From Octopus vulgaris (lineage: Eukaryota): a stretch of 64,000 bases of DNA. The position numbers were made by a program, and so were the translations under genes. Of the stretch, positions 14,705 to 29,631 are shown piece after piece. The notes under the pieces are model-generated. The model had not been told where the DNA came from and ran no database searches. It saw only the letters and a list, made by a program, of their open reading frames with translations. The DNA is taken from positions 8,742,001 to 8,806,000 of the forward strand of contig OX597835.1 in NCBI GenBank assembly GCA_951406725.2. Reading direction: 5' to 3'. Position 1 is the stretch's first letter; every line of letters begins with the position of its first letter.

Positions 14705-16339
14705 TATTATATATATATGCGGACACACACATTGCACAAGTATTGATAAATGGATACGTCTACTGAAAATTCTATCCTGAATGAAAACTACCGGGTACTT
14801 AGAATGAGGTAGCTATGTAAGAATGTTAACGGAATAATCAATGTAGAGACGGCACTCACAGTTTTCTGCTTAGCCTCAGTCGCGAAATCGTCGTCTTTTA
14901 CATTATCAAAACATACAGCATAATATTTTAGTATTAATAATGTATTCCATTGGTGACACCAAATTAGTTATTTCAAATCCATGTAATCCTAAGGTTAGTT
15001 TGTTTACTTTATGATCATAAGGCAGAGCTTCCATTCTTCGAACAACTACATCATGATGTCCCTCAACAAGACACTAATGTCGTCTAATTTTTTATGAGTA
15101 GCAACAGGGTGTTTGAGTAGCACTTACCGCCCCTCCCGCATTAGATGATTCACTTAGTGAAGTTTGAGTCACACAAGTCTTCTATATCAGCTCATGGTTG
15201 TCTATTCGTACCATATACGCGTTAGAAACCACCCACTCTCGTCAGTATCAATTCCTACCCTGAAAACTGTATATTCTCAAGGAATTTCATTGTTTGCGGG
15301 TGTGATTTTTCAATTTTTGAAAACCTTTAACAGGAGACGTGCATCAAATAGTTGAATCCATCACATATCATTAACTATGTATTTAATGCTTCACATTATA
15401 CGTCAATTATCAATGTCAATGTATTAACGAATTTTTGAGTTTAAAGAATTGAGAAGTGTTTCGAATGAATTTATTTCTTTATTCTTATTCTAAAATGGTC
15501 ATCGATACTTGACAGCATCTGGTATCGATTTTTACATGTATACAGCTCATATGCGCACTTGCACACTCTTTCTCTCTTTTTGTCTCTTGTTCTCGCCACC
15601 ACCCCCTATCTCTGACTAACAGATAACGATGGTTTTATGAGAAGAAGGACCTGCTATATCACTCCCAAATTTTACTATTAGATGTTTTGATGACCCTTTA
15701 CGAATGATAATCAAACTTCACTTCGATACAGTTCGAAATCGGTTCATAATAAGAAAGCGCAATGGATATTCTACTAATACTGATCTGCTAACAATTCTGA
15801 AAATTAATCGCTTTATTCAACAAGCTTTTGCCAAACGAAGAAATCAATAGTTTCAAATCATATATTGATAGGTACACGATAATAAATAACGGTTGGAAAT
15901 ATGCAAACAAGGTGACAGAAGGTCTATATTGTAGAAAATTTAATTAATATTAATTATGAATATGTGAAATTTAATTAGAAACATCACAATATTTCATTTA
16001 AGTGGCTTTTATTCCCTAAGAAACAAAATTTGCGCAAATATTCTCAAAGAGATCAAACTGTGGTAATTAACTAATTGATCGATCTGTAAATCGGATTTGA
16101 GATCAATACAGCACAACTGATTGGGTGTGTGTAAGGTCCCTCTTGAATCTGTGAGAATTTGTTCATCTGATCGATGCTTAGAAGAACACGAATAAAGTTT
16201 CAAAGAGAATTCCCCAAAATATTGGAATCAGCTTTCCATTTATGAAATTTCGAATTTCAGCAACGATTCGCTAAATTCTTGTAAAATTGTATTTTATGAG
16301 AGCTACAAAGTCAATTCTATACACACGAAAAAAAAAAAA

Positions 16340-16383
<44 letters not shown>

Positions 16384-16485
16384 AGTGGTAAAACAAAGCA
16401 CCAATGTTTACTGGATATAGCAGTCGATACATTTACGATGCTATAGTAAATTTCAATGTGTATATACTGGCAATACTTTATTTTC

Positions 16486-16618
<133 letters not shown>

Positions 16619-16841
16619 ATATATCTATGTATAATGAGAAAAACGAATCCGCCATTTGTTGCTAAACAAACTGCGCAGCTGACTAATTTATAGTGTTCAA
16701 ATATTTGTGATGCATATACGCTTTCTCCTACCTTGAAACCTTACCTATGCAGGTGCACTGTGTGCAACACGACGATCTCGTGTGTTTGTGTGTGTGTGTC
16801 TGTGTGTGTGTATGTGCGTATGAGTGTCTGCGTGCGCGTGC

Positions 16842-16881
<40 letters not shown>

Positions 16882-17399
16882 GCACGTCTATATATATATA
16901 TAAAAGAAGGGAGAAAAATATGCGCAGATAAATCTTATAATGTGTACGCGAAAGATTACTACGATGTTATTACATACATGCACAGCTCCTCTGATATGTG
17001 TTATTATTTATGTGAAATATGCCCTAGCCCGAAAAATTTATATTAGTATATTTATCGACGTGTACACTCTATCTGATTCAATTAATTTTCTTTCGGTACA
17101 TTAAAATGCAACTTCATGAAATTAAAACACACACTTCAGTCAGAAATATATTGTAACGGAATAATGAACACTTTTATCTTGTTATAGATGTATGAGAAAA
17201 ACATTACGTAACTAAATAGTTTTGGACTTTTAACTGCCATATTTAATCACAGGATGGTCTTCAACGTTGATAGTCACGCAACGTTCCTTTTCTAAAATAT
17301 GAGCGATCATTACCGGTTAATCACCACCACCCGCACCCGCACCAGCACCACCACCAAAATCATCATCGTCGTCGTCGTTGTTGTTATTGTTTCTTTTAT

Positions 17400-17430
17400 T
17401 ATTATCACACATTAAGTATTATAATCATCA

Positions 17431-17498
<68 letters not shown>

Positions 17499-17746
17499 GT
17501 TGTTGTTGTTATTATTGTTATTATTATTAATGTTATTATTATTATTATTATTGTTATTATTATTATTATTTTTATTGTTATTATTATTATTATAATTATT
17601 ATTATTGTTGTTGTTGTTGTTATTATTATTATTAATGTTATTATTATTATTGCTATTATTATTATTATTATTTTTATTTGTATTTTTATTATTATTTTTA
17701 TTGTTACTATTTTTATTATTATTATTATTATTGTTGTTGTTGTTGT

Positions 17747-17779
<33 letters not shown>

Positions 17780-17784
17780 TATTA

Positions 17785-17875
<91 letters not shown>

Positions 17876-17893
17876 CATTGTTATTATTATTAT
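17400..17893. repeat. (ATT)n/(GTT)n trinucleotide array
   Basis: Directly visible; explains the poly-I/L/Y ORFs. Confidence 0.95.
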
Positions 17894-19743
17894 ATATTAA
17901 TTTCGATAGTATGCATTTCTCTGTTAATTATGTTTTGCGAGTACAGAGAGATGTGGGTAGACAGTTGGGTGGACAACCTGAAAACTAAAAAGAAACAAAA
18001 AAAAAACAGATATATAGATACATAATTAGACACAGGTACAAAGATAAAGAGAGAGAGAGTATGAGAGAGAGACAGAGGGACAGATAGAGAGACAGAGTGG
18101 AGAAATGAAAAGTAATAGCGCTTCCAATAAAATATGATCCAACTTAATATTCTAAAGTTCTTTCATGTTTGAAATTATTTATTTGAAGTATAGTCTTCCA
18201 TATTATTCTCTGTGTTGCCATTGATCAGACTCTAATTTAATCTCAACTGAGAAAGTATCTATTAACAGAATAATTGCCACTCTTATCGCGTTTGCCAGAT
18301 GGAGGACAACAGCGTTATATACTGAAATGCTTTTGGAATTTTACTTCGAACGTCCATTAGTTATTGTCTTCGCTATTAGCAATCGTACAGTTTATGCAGT
18401 GTACATCTACTGGTTTAGATGGAAGTTTTATTTCAAAATAGAGATTTCAAGTTTTGATTCTGGCGGAAATGATGACATTTCCAGTAACAGAAATCAAAAT
18501 TAAGATGTTGTTGCACAAAGATGTGAGGACAATCCCCACACGTTCACTGATAAAATGGCTGTATGACTAATAATTGTGTTATTCTTTGTGGTACTTGTGT
18601 GCTTGTGTGTGTGTGTGTGTGTGTGTATGTGTGTGAGTGTATGTGTATGTGTGTGTGTGTGTGTGTGTCTGTGTGTGTGTGTGTGTGTGTATTTGAGTCT
18701 GAATGTTATTGTTAAGTATATGTTTCATTGATCTACTGTAAGTAAATCATATCTCTTCTTACTTTTATTCCATCGATTTTGACGTGTTCTCGCCTTTGAT
18801 ATTGGTTCACCTCAACTATGGCCAGAATTCTTGCTTATTAATCAGAACATTTTCATTCTCGGTCTTTATTTCAATTTTTTTTAGTTCTGCTGTAATTTCA
18901 CTGTTTGTCTCTTATTTGTATTTTATATTTTCAAAGCACTTTTTTCACCTATAAACTACTTTATTGAAAGTACGCAGCATGTAATTAGCACTTCATATTT
19001 TCCTTTTATAGGTAAAAGTTTCTCTCGTGTTACCTTAAATTAATCAGTCACTATTTACTTGTTATTAAATACATTTCTAGTAGCATTACTTTCTAATTAT
19101 TTCCTTTGTGTATGACCTCTTGCCTTGTAACATGAGTGCGAAGCATCTGTGTTCTATATATATTGTTTTGTTTTTCTCCTTGGTTTACTGCTCTGGAATT
19201 TCGGTTGACTTATTTACAATTTATATCATTTGTGTTACAACTATTGATCTTTAGAGCAAGTAATTCTTTTATATAGTTATTATTGACCTCTATAAATCGA
19301 ATGACGCTACAGTTCTAATATTCCTGTTCAGGTATTATTACAAAGGTTAGCACTCAAAATGTTGTAAAGTGTCGATGCGACAACCATCAGCATTTTTCGA
19401 TGAGGGATAAGTATTCTTAAGAGCCTTATGGCTCTGGTATTTCACTCTTAAAGCAAAGGTTATCAACGTAGGCGGTGGAGAGATCCACAGAATGCGTTAA
19501 GCGAAAGTGAAACGATAACGGGGTGGCCAAAAGGGAACGATGGCTGGCAATGTCCCCATCCAATTTTCAAAGTTACACTCCAGTTTAGAAAATAGTGTTT
19601 TACAATCGGTCAAGAAAATTGATTTCAAGCATGAGCAGAACAAAAGTTGACTAACAAAACACTCACTCAATCTCACCCTCTCTCTCTCTCTCTCTCTCAC
19701 ACGCACACATGCAAACACACACACACATATATATATATATATA

Positions 19744-19790
19744 CTAGCAATGCATCGCAGCGTTGCCCGGGAATTATGACCTACAGCCAT
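19744..19790 (-). mobile_element. Helitron 3' terminus, diverged (5' end unresolved)
   Basis: actagcaatgcatcgcagcgttgcccggg resembles actagcagtatcgcccggcgttgctcggg of the other Helitrons. Confidence 0.45.
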
Positions 19791-22464
19791 AATTTATTAT
19801 ATTATTTGCGTGAGAGAGAGACAGGGAAAGAAAGAGCGAGAGAGAGAGAGATTGAGTGAGTGTTTGTTGTTATGTATGCATTTATTGCATGTATGTGTTA
19901 AGTGGCACTCACTCTCTCTCTATATATCTATCTATCTTTATCCCCCCTCTCTCTCCCTCACACACACAAACACATATCATCTTTCAAATACACGTATATA
20001 GATATATATACATAGACCTTTTTGTACGTATGTGTTCTTGTGAATGTTAGAGAGAAAGTGAGTGACTGTATTTCCTCACAATATATAGAGAAATGGTTGT
20101 CTTTTAAGGCACACACTAATATAGAAAATGTGACATCGTCGTCGTGATATAAAATGGCCTTTAGGATAGTTGAACCATAGGAAGATGATAATGTAAAATT
20201 TTTGTGATGCAAATATGTAAACGAAAATAATGTTAATTTGTTATCCGAAAGATTAGTGACTCTTCATATATATATATATATATGCACATTACACATATAT
20301 TTGTTTTTATGAGTACTTATATGTAATGTCAAAGTTGTCTTGTAATATTACGAAATTGGCAAAATTTCTGTTATTTGTAGTTGTTTTCTTTCGTGATGAT
20401 TGGTATTTTTTTTATTTTGCTGCAGACTGGGCAGGCAGAAAAGAGCAGTCAACCTAATAATGGTATTGATGATGTGCTTGGAAGTAATATCAGGAATCAA
20501 CAAAACCTTTGTACTTACTATTGTGACTTAATCAGTGGCATTAAGTGAATGCAGCTGGTAGAAATTCATTGTAAACTGGTTTATAAGTTAAACACACAGT
20601 CCTCCGGTGATTCCACAGAATCGTGTACAGTAATTAGCTTGTATGAAATAATATCCATAAGGTTAAATTCGAATAGAAGATAATTTCAAAGACATTTGCG
20701 CAGTCAGAAGCTCATTAGGAACAACATCTGACACACAGAAGCGTAAAACGTAAAACCATGGCTACAACTGTACTAACATCTCTTGATCCTAGACTCACGG
20801 AAGACAACTGAACCGTGCTAGTAAATTAGTGATTCCTAAACCCTTCGCATTATCTCAACCATTAATAATTTCAGAGGTGTCTCAGTTTTTCTGTCTATAG
20901 ACTTCCCGTTTTATTTCATTTATTAATTTTATTTTCGTTTATTTATTAATTAATTCCTTTATTAATTATTTAAGATTTATTTACTGATTTTTTACTATAG
21001 CCTTGACACTCTTCTGCGACACTTGAACAACTGTCGTACTTGATACATTGAAGTTTCTTCCTCTCTCTCTCTTGTTAATTGGTCTATAATTGTGATAGCC
21101 AGGCGTTTTTCGTGGTCAAGTAGAACTGTTATCCGTTATATTAGCAATTTTACTAACTCCTATAAACATGTTATTACTTGACTAACGCATTATTTTCCTG
21201 TGTTTCTGAGATATACTGATACAGTCTCGTGAAATGTTTTATTCGTCTTTTCCAAGAAGCTTCCAGTTGTTGTTTTCAGTTTTAGCATCTGTTATTTTTT
21301 GCTGTTGTGATGTTACTTACTTGTATGGTTAAACATGTCTTCTGCTTTATTCCAGAGATTTCTTAATTTATTGCATGAATAGTTTATCTTCCGTACATGT
21401 CTTCAGTATTTTTTTTTATTTCTTTCACTGCATTTCTATACATTTATACCTGTGTAATCTAATTATCTGTGAAATTTCCTGTTTATCAGCTTCCAACTTT
21501 TTTTAAAATTTTATTTCAATTGTTTGATATTTTCCTAAAATATATGTATTTACGATCATGTTTCGATGTTTCTGTGTAGAAATAAAGTTTTTCTTCGTTT
21601 ATGACCTGTTTTTAATTAACGGAATTGGTTTCATTTGCTGCAATATATTCGTCCTTATTTTCAATCTATTTTACAAACTTTCTATTTCATTAAATTTCTT
21701 GTTGAAGACTGTTCTGGAGACGGCGACACCACCACCTGTAATTAGTATAGAAAATCTGAGTTGTTCACTTGTTGCTTAATTACCTTTAGAGTGCAATTAG
21801 CGTAAATGATTGTAGATTTGATTTTTTTTTGTTTTTGTATGTAGTGTAGTATGTTACTTTTTTGCTATATGAATACAAACTCATTTGGGGTCTCCCAAAC
21901 TTGTATGAATTCTAATTTAATTGTCGCTATCTTTCTTCTTACGTAACTGTGTTCAATAATTATTATTCTTAACACTCAACTGTCTTCCAAATTGCGTTAA
22001 CGGACAATACTAACTTTTATGACATCTGTTAGTTATTTTCTTTTACCACAATTAACTTATATTTCAGCATGATTTTTAAGGCTATCTCTTTTCTATGTCG
22101 TCTTCGTTTTTCTTTCTTTTCTGTGTTATGTCTTCTAAAAGAGGTTCTGTTATAAAATTAATTTTCAGTAGCATATATCTATTTTACAATTTTCTTACTC
22201 AAGATTATTTATTTGTTACGTAATTTTTTTCTTTAATTTATTGTTTAAAATATCAACTTTTACTTTTCACAATATACTGCTTCTGTTATGAAGAACTTTG
22301 GTAAAATATTTCCGGCAGAATTGGCGATTTGATTCCAGAAAGGTGCTTAATTTAAACAACAACATCTAAATAATACAGTTCTATATTTAAGAGATGAGGA
22401 ACTGTGTACATTATTTACATTATTTATATTCGACGGATATGTGTACTCATGTTGTTTGTTGATA

Positions 22465-22508
22465 ACACAACATTTCGGCTGATATACCCTCCAGCCTTCA
22501 TCAGGTGC
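22465..22508 (-). ncRNA. Putative minimal type I hammerhead ribozyme
   Basis: Minus strand GCAC-CUGAUGA-A-GGCUG(gagggUaUaU)CAGCC-GAAA-UG-UU-GUGU: intact core, 5-bp stem II, 4-bp stem I. Confidence 0.65.
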
Positions 22509-22582
22509 CTTGGGAATATGGTGTAGTGGTTAAAAGCGCGGGCTACTAACTTCAAAATTCCGAGTTCGATTCCAGGCAGTGG

Positions 22583-22644
<62 letters not shown>

Positions 22645-22685
22645 TCAACAACAACAACAATAATAATTATAATTATAATAATAAT

Positions 22686-22807
<122 letters not shown>

Positions 22808-22846
22808 CAACACCGAAAAATACCTTAGGTCCGAAATTTCCTCAAG

Positions 22847-22883
22847 ACACCTGATGAAGGCCGGAGGGTATATCAGCCGAAAC
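22847..22883 (+). ncRNA. Hammerhead core, second copy, lacking the stem III/cleavage segment
   Basis: ACAC-CTGATGA-A-GGCCG..CAGCC-GAAAC; about 10 nt present in the inverted copy are deleted after GAAAC. Confidence 0.5.
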
Positions 22884-23552
22884 AACAAACAAGATGGAGA
22901 CAAATATCCGTCAAATGTAAATAATGTAAATAATGAACATCTGAATAATCTTCTCCGGTCATTTGCTGACTCGCAAAACTTATTTATGTCGCAGATTTTA
23001 TTGCATGGTACAGTATTTCCTTTTCGAAAGTATTTATCGACTCTACAAATCTTTAGAATTACGTTACCATCCAACATGATAGAATGATAAATTTCGTAAA
23101 CAGTATTCCAATTTAATTAATTATTTCTGGTCTAAAAAAAATTTTCTCCAAAGTTGACACGTCGCTAATTCTTTTATAGCTAGCAGCGATAAGAGAACGT
23201 GAAGTAAACAACATTTTTATAAACCAGAACATTTAGCTACTGGTATCAATATGAACGGAAACCATTCAAATACTAACTTTGATTAAATAAGTGTTCAGCT
23301 TCGTGTGATTTATTGGCACGTTGTACGCAGCATAGGCGTAATGAAAGTCAACGTGTAATCACTTATGTAAATGTGTTTGTGGCCAAAAATATTTTCGAAT
23401 CGTTTATTATTAACATTTGAATTTTTGTCTTTTTTGCTGTTTTGATGCCGGAGCAAAACATATTTTACGATTGTCTCTTAGAATGTTTTGAATTTGTTTA
23501 ATATCGGTAAGCAATACACACAATGCTCGAACTCCCATATTCTTTATGTATT

Positions 23553-23935
23553 GTGGAGGCGCAATGGCCCAGTGGTTAGGGCAGCGAACTCGTGGTCGTA
23601 GGATCGCGGTTTCGATTCCCAGACCGGGCGTTGTGAGTGTCTATTGAGCGAAAACACCTAAAAGCTCCACGAGGCTCCAGCAGGGGATGGTGGTGATCCC
23701 TGCTGTACTCTTTCACCACAACTTTCTCTCACTCTTACTTCCTGTTTCTGTTGTACCTGTATTTCAAGGGGCCGGCCTTCTCACTCGCTGTGTCACGCTG
23801 AATATCCCCGAGAACTACATTAAGGGTACACGTGTCTGTGGAGTGCTCAGCCACTTACACGTTAATTTCACGAGCAGGCTGTTCCGTTGATCGGATCAAC
23901 AGGAACCCTCGTCATCGTAACCGACTGAGTGCTTC
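23553..23935 (+). mobile_element. SINE family B, full length
   Basis: Family match; TATGTATT on both flanks. Confidence 0.92.
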
Positions 23936-24385
23936 TTTCTATGTATTACTTTCAGCTCCGTCTACTATTGTTGATTGATTTGTTAAATTGTTAAAGCATC
24001 GATTGAAATCTCATCCAGCACTGAGTTGGTTGAGTTCAAATTTCACCCAGGTTAAACATTTTTTAATCCTTTCGACAAAGCTAAAATAATGTAGAAATCA
24101 TGTGTTATATTTAACTTTTCAAAGTCGCAAACAGAATTTAGGATAGGTTCGATGGTAAGTATGGCGTAAGGGATTTCAAAGGTCAGCTGTACGAAATAAG
24201 GGAAAGATTTTAAATTTGCTGGTCGACACTTGAAAAGCATCTACTGCAATAGATTAGTACGTTTAAGCCGTCCAGCTACTCTCTATTGAGGAGTGGCAGC
24301 GCAGCTGATGACGATTACTAATAAAGGTGAGATAAAAGACAATTTCTAGTGCTTTTTATCGACTTTCCAAATGTAATTAACAAAA

Positions 24386-24795
24386 GGCGCAGGAGTGGCT
24401 GTGTGGTAAGTAGCTTGTTTACCAACCACACGGTTCCGGGTTCAGTCCCACTGCGTGACACCTTGGGCAGGTGTCTTCTACTATAGCCTCGGGCCGACCA
24501 AAGCCTTGTGAGTGGATTTGGTAGACGGAAACTGAAAGAAGCCCATCGTATATATGTATATATATGTATATGCGTGTGTGTGTTTGTGTGTCTGTGTTTG
24601 TCCCCCTAGCGTTGCTTGACAACCGATGCTGGTGTGTTTATGTCCCCGTTACTTAGCGGTTCAGCAAAAGAGACCGATAGAATAAATACTGGGCTTACAA
24701 AAGAATAAGTCCCGAGGTCGAGTTGCTCGATTAAAGGTGGTGCTCCAGCATGGCCGCAGTCAAATGACTGAAACAAGTAAAAGAGTAAAAGAGTA
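24386..24795 (+). mobile_element. SINE family A, full length
   Basis: Family match with AAAAGAGT tail. Confidence 0.93.
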
Positions 24796-24799
24796 TAAA

Positions 24800-25200
24800 A
24801 ATATTACAATCCTTGCTGAGAAGCACGCGGTATTAGCCAACACAAAGTCTGAGTTCGCTAAAGTTGATCAAAGCTAATGTTAAATGGCTGAGCAGATGCT
24901 AATTAACGCAGACAATATAGCAAACATAACCGAGCAAATATATGTAAGAGTGGCTACTCTTACTGTTTCGATAGAGAGCAAAAACGCAAGTTCTTCACTT
25001 GCAGGAACTCTAGAGAAGAGCCCAATTCGTACCAAACACCACATTCACAACCAGATTAAGGAAACTGAGGCATCAACAGAAATGATAACAACAACAGCAA
25101 CAGGAACAAAGGAAGCAGTAAGAAGTGGTGCATCTGCAACATGCGGAGAAGTTGCTAGATCAGGTGCATTAAAACAAAAGCAAAACAAACGGTGCGTAAA
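24800..25200 (+). pseudogene. Possible decayed Gypsy-type gag fragment
   Basis: LQSL...VLA...MAEQML...EQI followed by a broken Cys-containing W-C...G..ARS segment; resemblance only. Confidence 0.3.
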
Positions 25201-25228
25201 ACAAACGACACATCATCAAGTTTGCACC

Positions 25229-25463
25229 TATTTCTTTAATACCCACAAGGGGCTAAACACAGAGGGGACAAACAAAGACAGACAAACGGATCAAGTCGAT
25301 TACATCGACCCCAGGGCGTAACTGGTACTTAATTTATCGACCCCGAAAGGATGAAAGGCAAAGTCGATCTCGGCGGAATTTGATCTCAGAACGTAACGGC
25401 AGACGATATGCGGCTATGCATTTCACCCTGCGTGCTAACGTTTCTTCCAGCTCGCTGCCCTAA
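25229..25463 (-). mobile_element. SINE family C, full length
   Basis: 17-bp TSD ATCATCA(A/G)GTTTGCACC at 25212-25228 and 25464-25480. Confidence 0.92.
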
Positions 25464-27312
25464 ATCATCAGGTTTGCACCGTTCATCTACCATTCCTCAT
25501 TAAATGACAAAGAAAACAAGTGAAGAATGGGGAATGATATTTATATAGGGGACATGGGGTTAGTTTGGGAGCCAAACCATTTGCTTCCTAGTATGAAGTC
25601 CGTAGAGAGAGATTTAGTAACCACCAGTGAAACGAAGATTATGGTAGTCTACTCTCTCTACGATCTAGGTACAAACGCCATCAAGGTCGATATTTCCTTT
25701 CATCTTTTCGGGGCCAATAACATAAGTACCACTTGAGCACTGGAGTCGATGTAATATAAGAATATTAATTGTAAATGTATATTTCTTACATTGGCAACAG
25801 GCAATTCACATGTGGGGATTTGTTAATCTATCATAACAATCTCGGTACTGATCTGGTACTTTATTTTATCTATCGCGAAATTATAACAACTACAAGTTTA
25901 TCTTTGTAGGATTTGATCACTTAAAGCTAATATTTGTAATTAAATACGCCAATAATTTTAGAGGGCGTGGTGTGAGGTATTTCAAAACTCTACCGTTCTT
26001 GATCAATCTTTGAGATTATTCATTAATGAAAGAGGCCAAATGAAAGAATCATTAGAACAAAGAATGCATATTAATTCCTAAACTCCGTTTTGTTCTTTAT
26101 GTTTTTATTTAAAATCAGGAAGCTAAGAGCGATTTTGCATTTATTCGGAACGAAGAGATAAATTATAAGCCAGTTAAGTCCTGGCACCAAATCCATCCAC
26201 TTCAACTATTCCCTGTAAGCATTTCCTTGCGTGTGGATATGTCGATGGAATATGTATGCTGCATTTGTCAAGAATTTTAGAGGGTAATTATTGACTAATC
26301 CTCCGGGAAGGTGATGCATAATAATATTCTTAATGATGTAGAATTAAGTTCCAACGGGGATAACCGTTACAAGCAAATCTAAATCTAAGATAATTAAGTA
26401 TATATATATATATAATTTCACGTGCGAGAAGCAAAATATTCTACACAATGTTGTTTAAAATATAATTCGCAAAGAAATGATGAAAATTCATTTTGTAAGG
26501 TTTTTATCTATGATTCCGAACAACAAAGTTGGAAAGAGGAATATGACATATCCTTCGATCAGTCCTCTCTGATCGTTTACAATATTCGTAACGAATCTGA
26601 GGTTACAGCTTGCTGTCAGATAAGGTAACATACCGACGGCTATATATCTCTAATATATACAGGTGTGTGTGTGCAAAATTAGGTATACTGTATATATTAC
26701 ATCAACGTTATGAGAATTCATTAAAATTATTAGCAAATTAATGCTGAATTCATTAGGATTATTAGTACATTAAATTATTTAGCCTCATTTTAATATTTTC
26801 AGTGTCATTAATCATAATAATACATTTATCATAACTATTATAATAATCGAAGATTGTTAAATGGAATTTTTTAACGAATAACCAGATTGTTTCATCACAT
26901 AATTCTACGGTTATAAGACCTGTTAGTGTCATAAAGGGCCCCGAACATGTTCCAGACGTCGACGAACAGAGTAGGAGAGAAACATTTACGTGTTTTTTTT
27001 TAATTCTGAATATGTCATTTGTAGGAGAAGATCCTAATCGAGTGAGTCTGGAAGCCAGGATGCGTTGCTGGCAGGCATAGACAAAAGCGCTTCTGGTAAT
27101 TAACATTTTTGTTTTGCGTTGATAATTGCTAGGTTAGTCTTTGTGACATCTCCGTGTCTAAAAAAAGAAAAAAAAACAAATTAAGCTATGTCGACACACG
27201 AGGTAGGCAGCAAGAGCGATCATAGAGAATGGTATTTACATCCGGCCCAAAGTCTGACTCAACAAACCTGGTGCTGCTGTGTGGGATTTTTGCTGCCTAT
27301 ATTGATGAGTGA

Positions 27313-27545
27313 AAAGCGGCGAGCTGGCAGACACGTTAGAACGCCGGGCGAAATGCGTAGCCGTATTTCGTCTGCCGTTACGTTCTGAGTTCAAATTCCG
27401 CCGAGATCGATTTTGCCTTTCATCCTTTCGGGGTCGATAAATTAAGTACCAGTTACACACTGGGGTCGATGTAATCTACTTAATCCGTTTGTCTGTCTTT
27501 GTTTGTCCCCTCTGTGTTTAGCCCCTTTTGGGTAGTAAAGAAATA
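27313..27545 (+). mobile_element. SINE family C, full length (central domain resembles the Nin/Deu domain)
   Basis: B box GAGTTCAAATTC; core gcctttcatcctttcggggtcgataaattaagtaccag; 15-bp TSD TATATTGATGAGTGA. Confidence 0.93.
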
Positions 27546-28551
27546 TATATTGATGAGTGATGCCAAGTTGTCCTGGTATCTCAAATTAGGGGTGAGAAAC
27601 ACCTACAGAGCTTCTGCCCAGTCTGATGAGACGTAGTACAGCAACGCCCTCAACATACAAGGGATTACTCGTACCATTCATGCTCTATATAATCAAGGTG
27701 ACGTTTCGTCAAAGTGACCCATAGAATAAGTAGCAGATTGAAATACATATTACACTCCAGATAAGCATATTCTCATCGCAAAAACTCCAAAGATTGAAAC
27801 TACTATCCCCACTCCGTACACCTGGACTCCTCCACATATGTTGTTCAATCAATAACTGGAGCATCGCGGTGATCTCAACTCCCCACGTCACATCCTCACA
27901 TTTTATCACAGCAATCAAAACCCAGACTACAACTCTTAAATAGTTAGTGTCTGTGAGTATGTATGTGTGGAATTAGACTTTTCTTTAAAGTTTCCAATTA
28001 CTTATTTAACTATGTTTCTGCAAATCTGAACCTTGAGACGAAAGCAAAGGGAATAAATTAAATCAATCTATTTGATCACATGCATAATTCAAATAATTTA
28101 AATTTAGAACACACAGGATAGAAACGCTCCCTTACACGGGTCTATTGTTGCTAATTGGCTAAGGTGCATTATTCCACAGAAATTTCTGACCATTGATCGC
28201 CATATTAAAACTCATTAATCGATTAATTTCGTCGCCGATAGCGAGTAAGAGACATTCTCAAATCAAAGGGAATCGCTGTTTTCCTGGCATTTTAGGCCTC
28301 GTTCGTGGTCATCAATGTTTCCTTCTGTGAATATCCTTTGATATCTCATCCTGTTCCTTATCATGTTACCCATAACTCTCGTAATCAATTAAAACAAGTC
28401 AGCGTAACCTTCCCGAAAATGCGTTCCCAGTACCAAGTGTATCATATCGTGAAGTAAATCCCTGTTTAGGATTGCTTTGAATTTAGGTCCGACATAACTG
28501 GATCATTGCTTGCCCTTAAAAGTTCACCGCATATGCTTGTCATCTTTAACC

Positions 28552-28783
28552 TATTTCTTTATTACCCACAAGGGGCTAAACATAGAGGAGACAAACATGG
28601 ACAGACATAGGTATTAAGTCGATTACATCGACCCCAGTGCTTAACTGGTACTTAATTTATCGACCCCGAAAGGATGAAAGGCAAAGTCGACCTCGGCGGA
28701 ATTTGAACTCACAACGTAACGGCAGCCGAAATACCGCTAAGCATTTCGCCCGACGTGATAACGATTCTGCTAGCTCGCCGCCT
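28552..28783 (-). mobile_element. SINE family C, full length
   Basis: Family match; flank tgcttgtcatctttaacct duplicated on both sides. Confidence 0.92.
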
Positions 28784-28976
28784 TTGTCATCTTTGCTTGT
28801 CATCTTTAACCTCCTCGTGCTGATAAAAAAATCAAATATTTCTATTAGGAGCCGATTGTTCGCTTTCTGCCACTTCTTTATGCCAGTTACTGACTTTGAA
28901 CCAGTTGTTTCTGATTTACCTTTCGTCTTTTCCCAAGTGTCCCAAATTCTTCGAACAAAATGCACTCTACAGAATG

Positions 28977-29356
28977 GGAAGCACTCCGTCGGTTACGACG
29001 ACGAGGGTTCCGGTTGATCCGAATCAACGGAACAGCCTGCTCGTGAAATTAACGTGTAAGTGGCTGAGCACTCCACAGACACGTGTACCCTTAACGTAGT
29101 TCTCGGGGATATTCAGCTTGACACAGAGAGTGACAAGGCCGGCCCTTTGAAATACAGGTACAACAGAAACAGGAAGTAAGAGTGAGAGAAAGTTGTGGTG
29201 AAAGAGTACATCAGGGATCACCACCATCCCCTGCCGGAGCCGCGTGGAGCTTTAGGTGTTTTCGCTCAATAAACACTCACAACGCCCGGTCTGGGAATCG
29301 AATCCGCGATCCTATGACCGCGAGTCCGCTGCCCTAACCACTGGGCCATTGCGCCT
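28977..29356 (-). mobile_element. SINE family B, full length
   Basis: Family match. Confidence 0.92.
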
Positions 29357-29631
29357 ACTCTCAGTATGTAGAAAAAAGATCTTCGTCCCGACGGCCTCCA
29401 CCTTATATTTTCCCTTTCCCTAATCACAAGAAAGCGCAATTCTAGAAAAGCTCTGTTCTCGAGAGACATCAAACTTATAATGTCCTTTGGTATCCCAGGT
29501 ACAACTTGTCATTCCTGATTACTTTAACTCTCAAAACATTTCGTTCAACAATATAACCTGGAATCTCGCTGATTCATTTGGGTTGACCCATATATATATG
29601 AAGAGCCTTGTTCTTCAGGTAAATGTAAAGA

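Noticed and set aside
17405-18025. Poly-I/L/Y ORFs
   Set aside because: Arise from the (ATT)n array.
18180-18540. Possible very old Tc1/mariner remnant (similar hints at 47.8 and 57.4 kb)
   Set aside because: No clear catalytic motif or TIR pair could be recovered.
22513-22586. Functional tRNA gene
   Set aside because: Acceptor and anticodon stems pair poorly and no oligo-T terminator follows; treated as a SINE head.
23687-23890. Recurrent MVVIPAVLFHHNF ORF (also 29024, 50602)
   Set aside because: Lies inside SINE family B; recurrence reflects SINE copies.
27623-27650. CTGATGAG motif (also at about 60368)
   Set aside because: No GAAA in register after a stem II.
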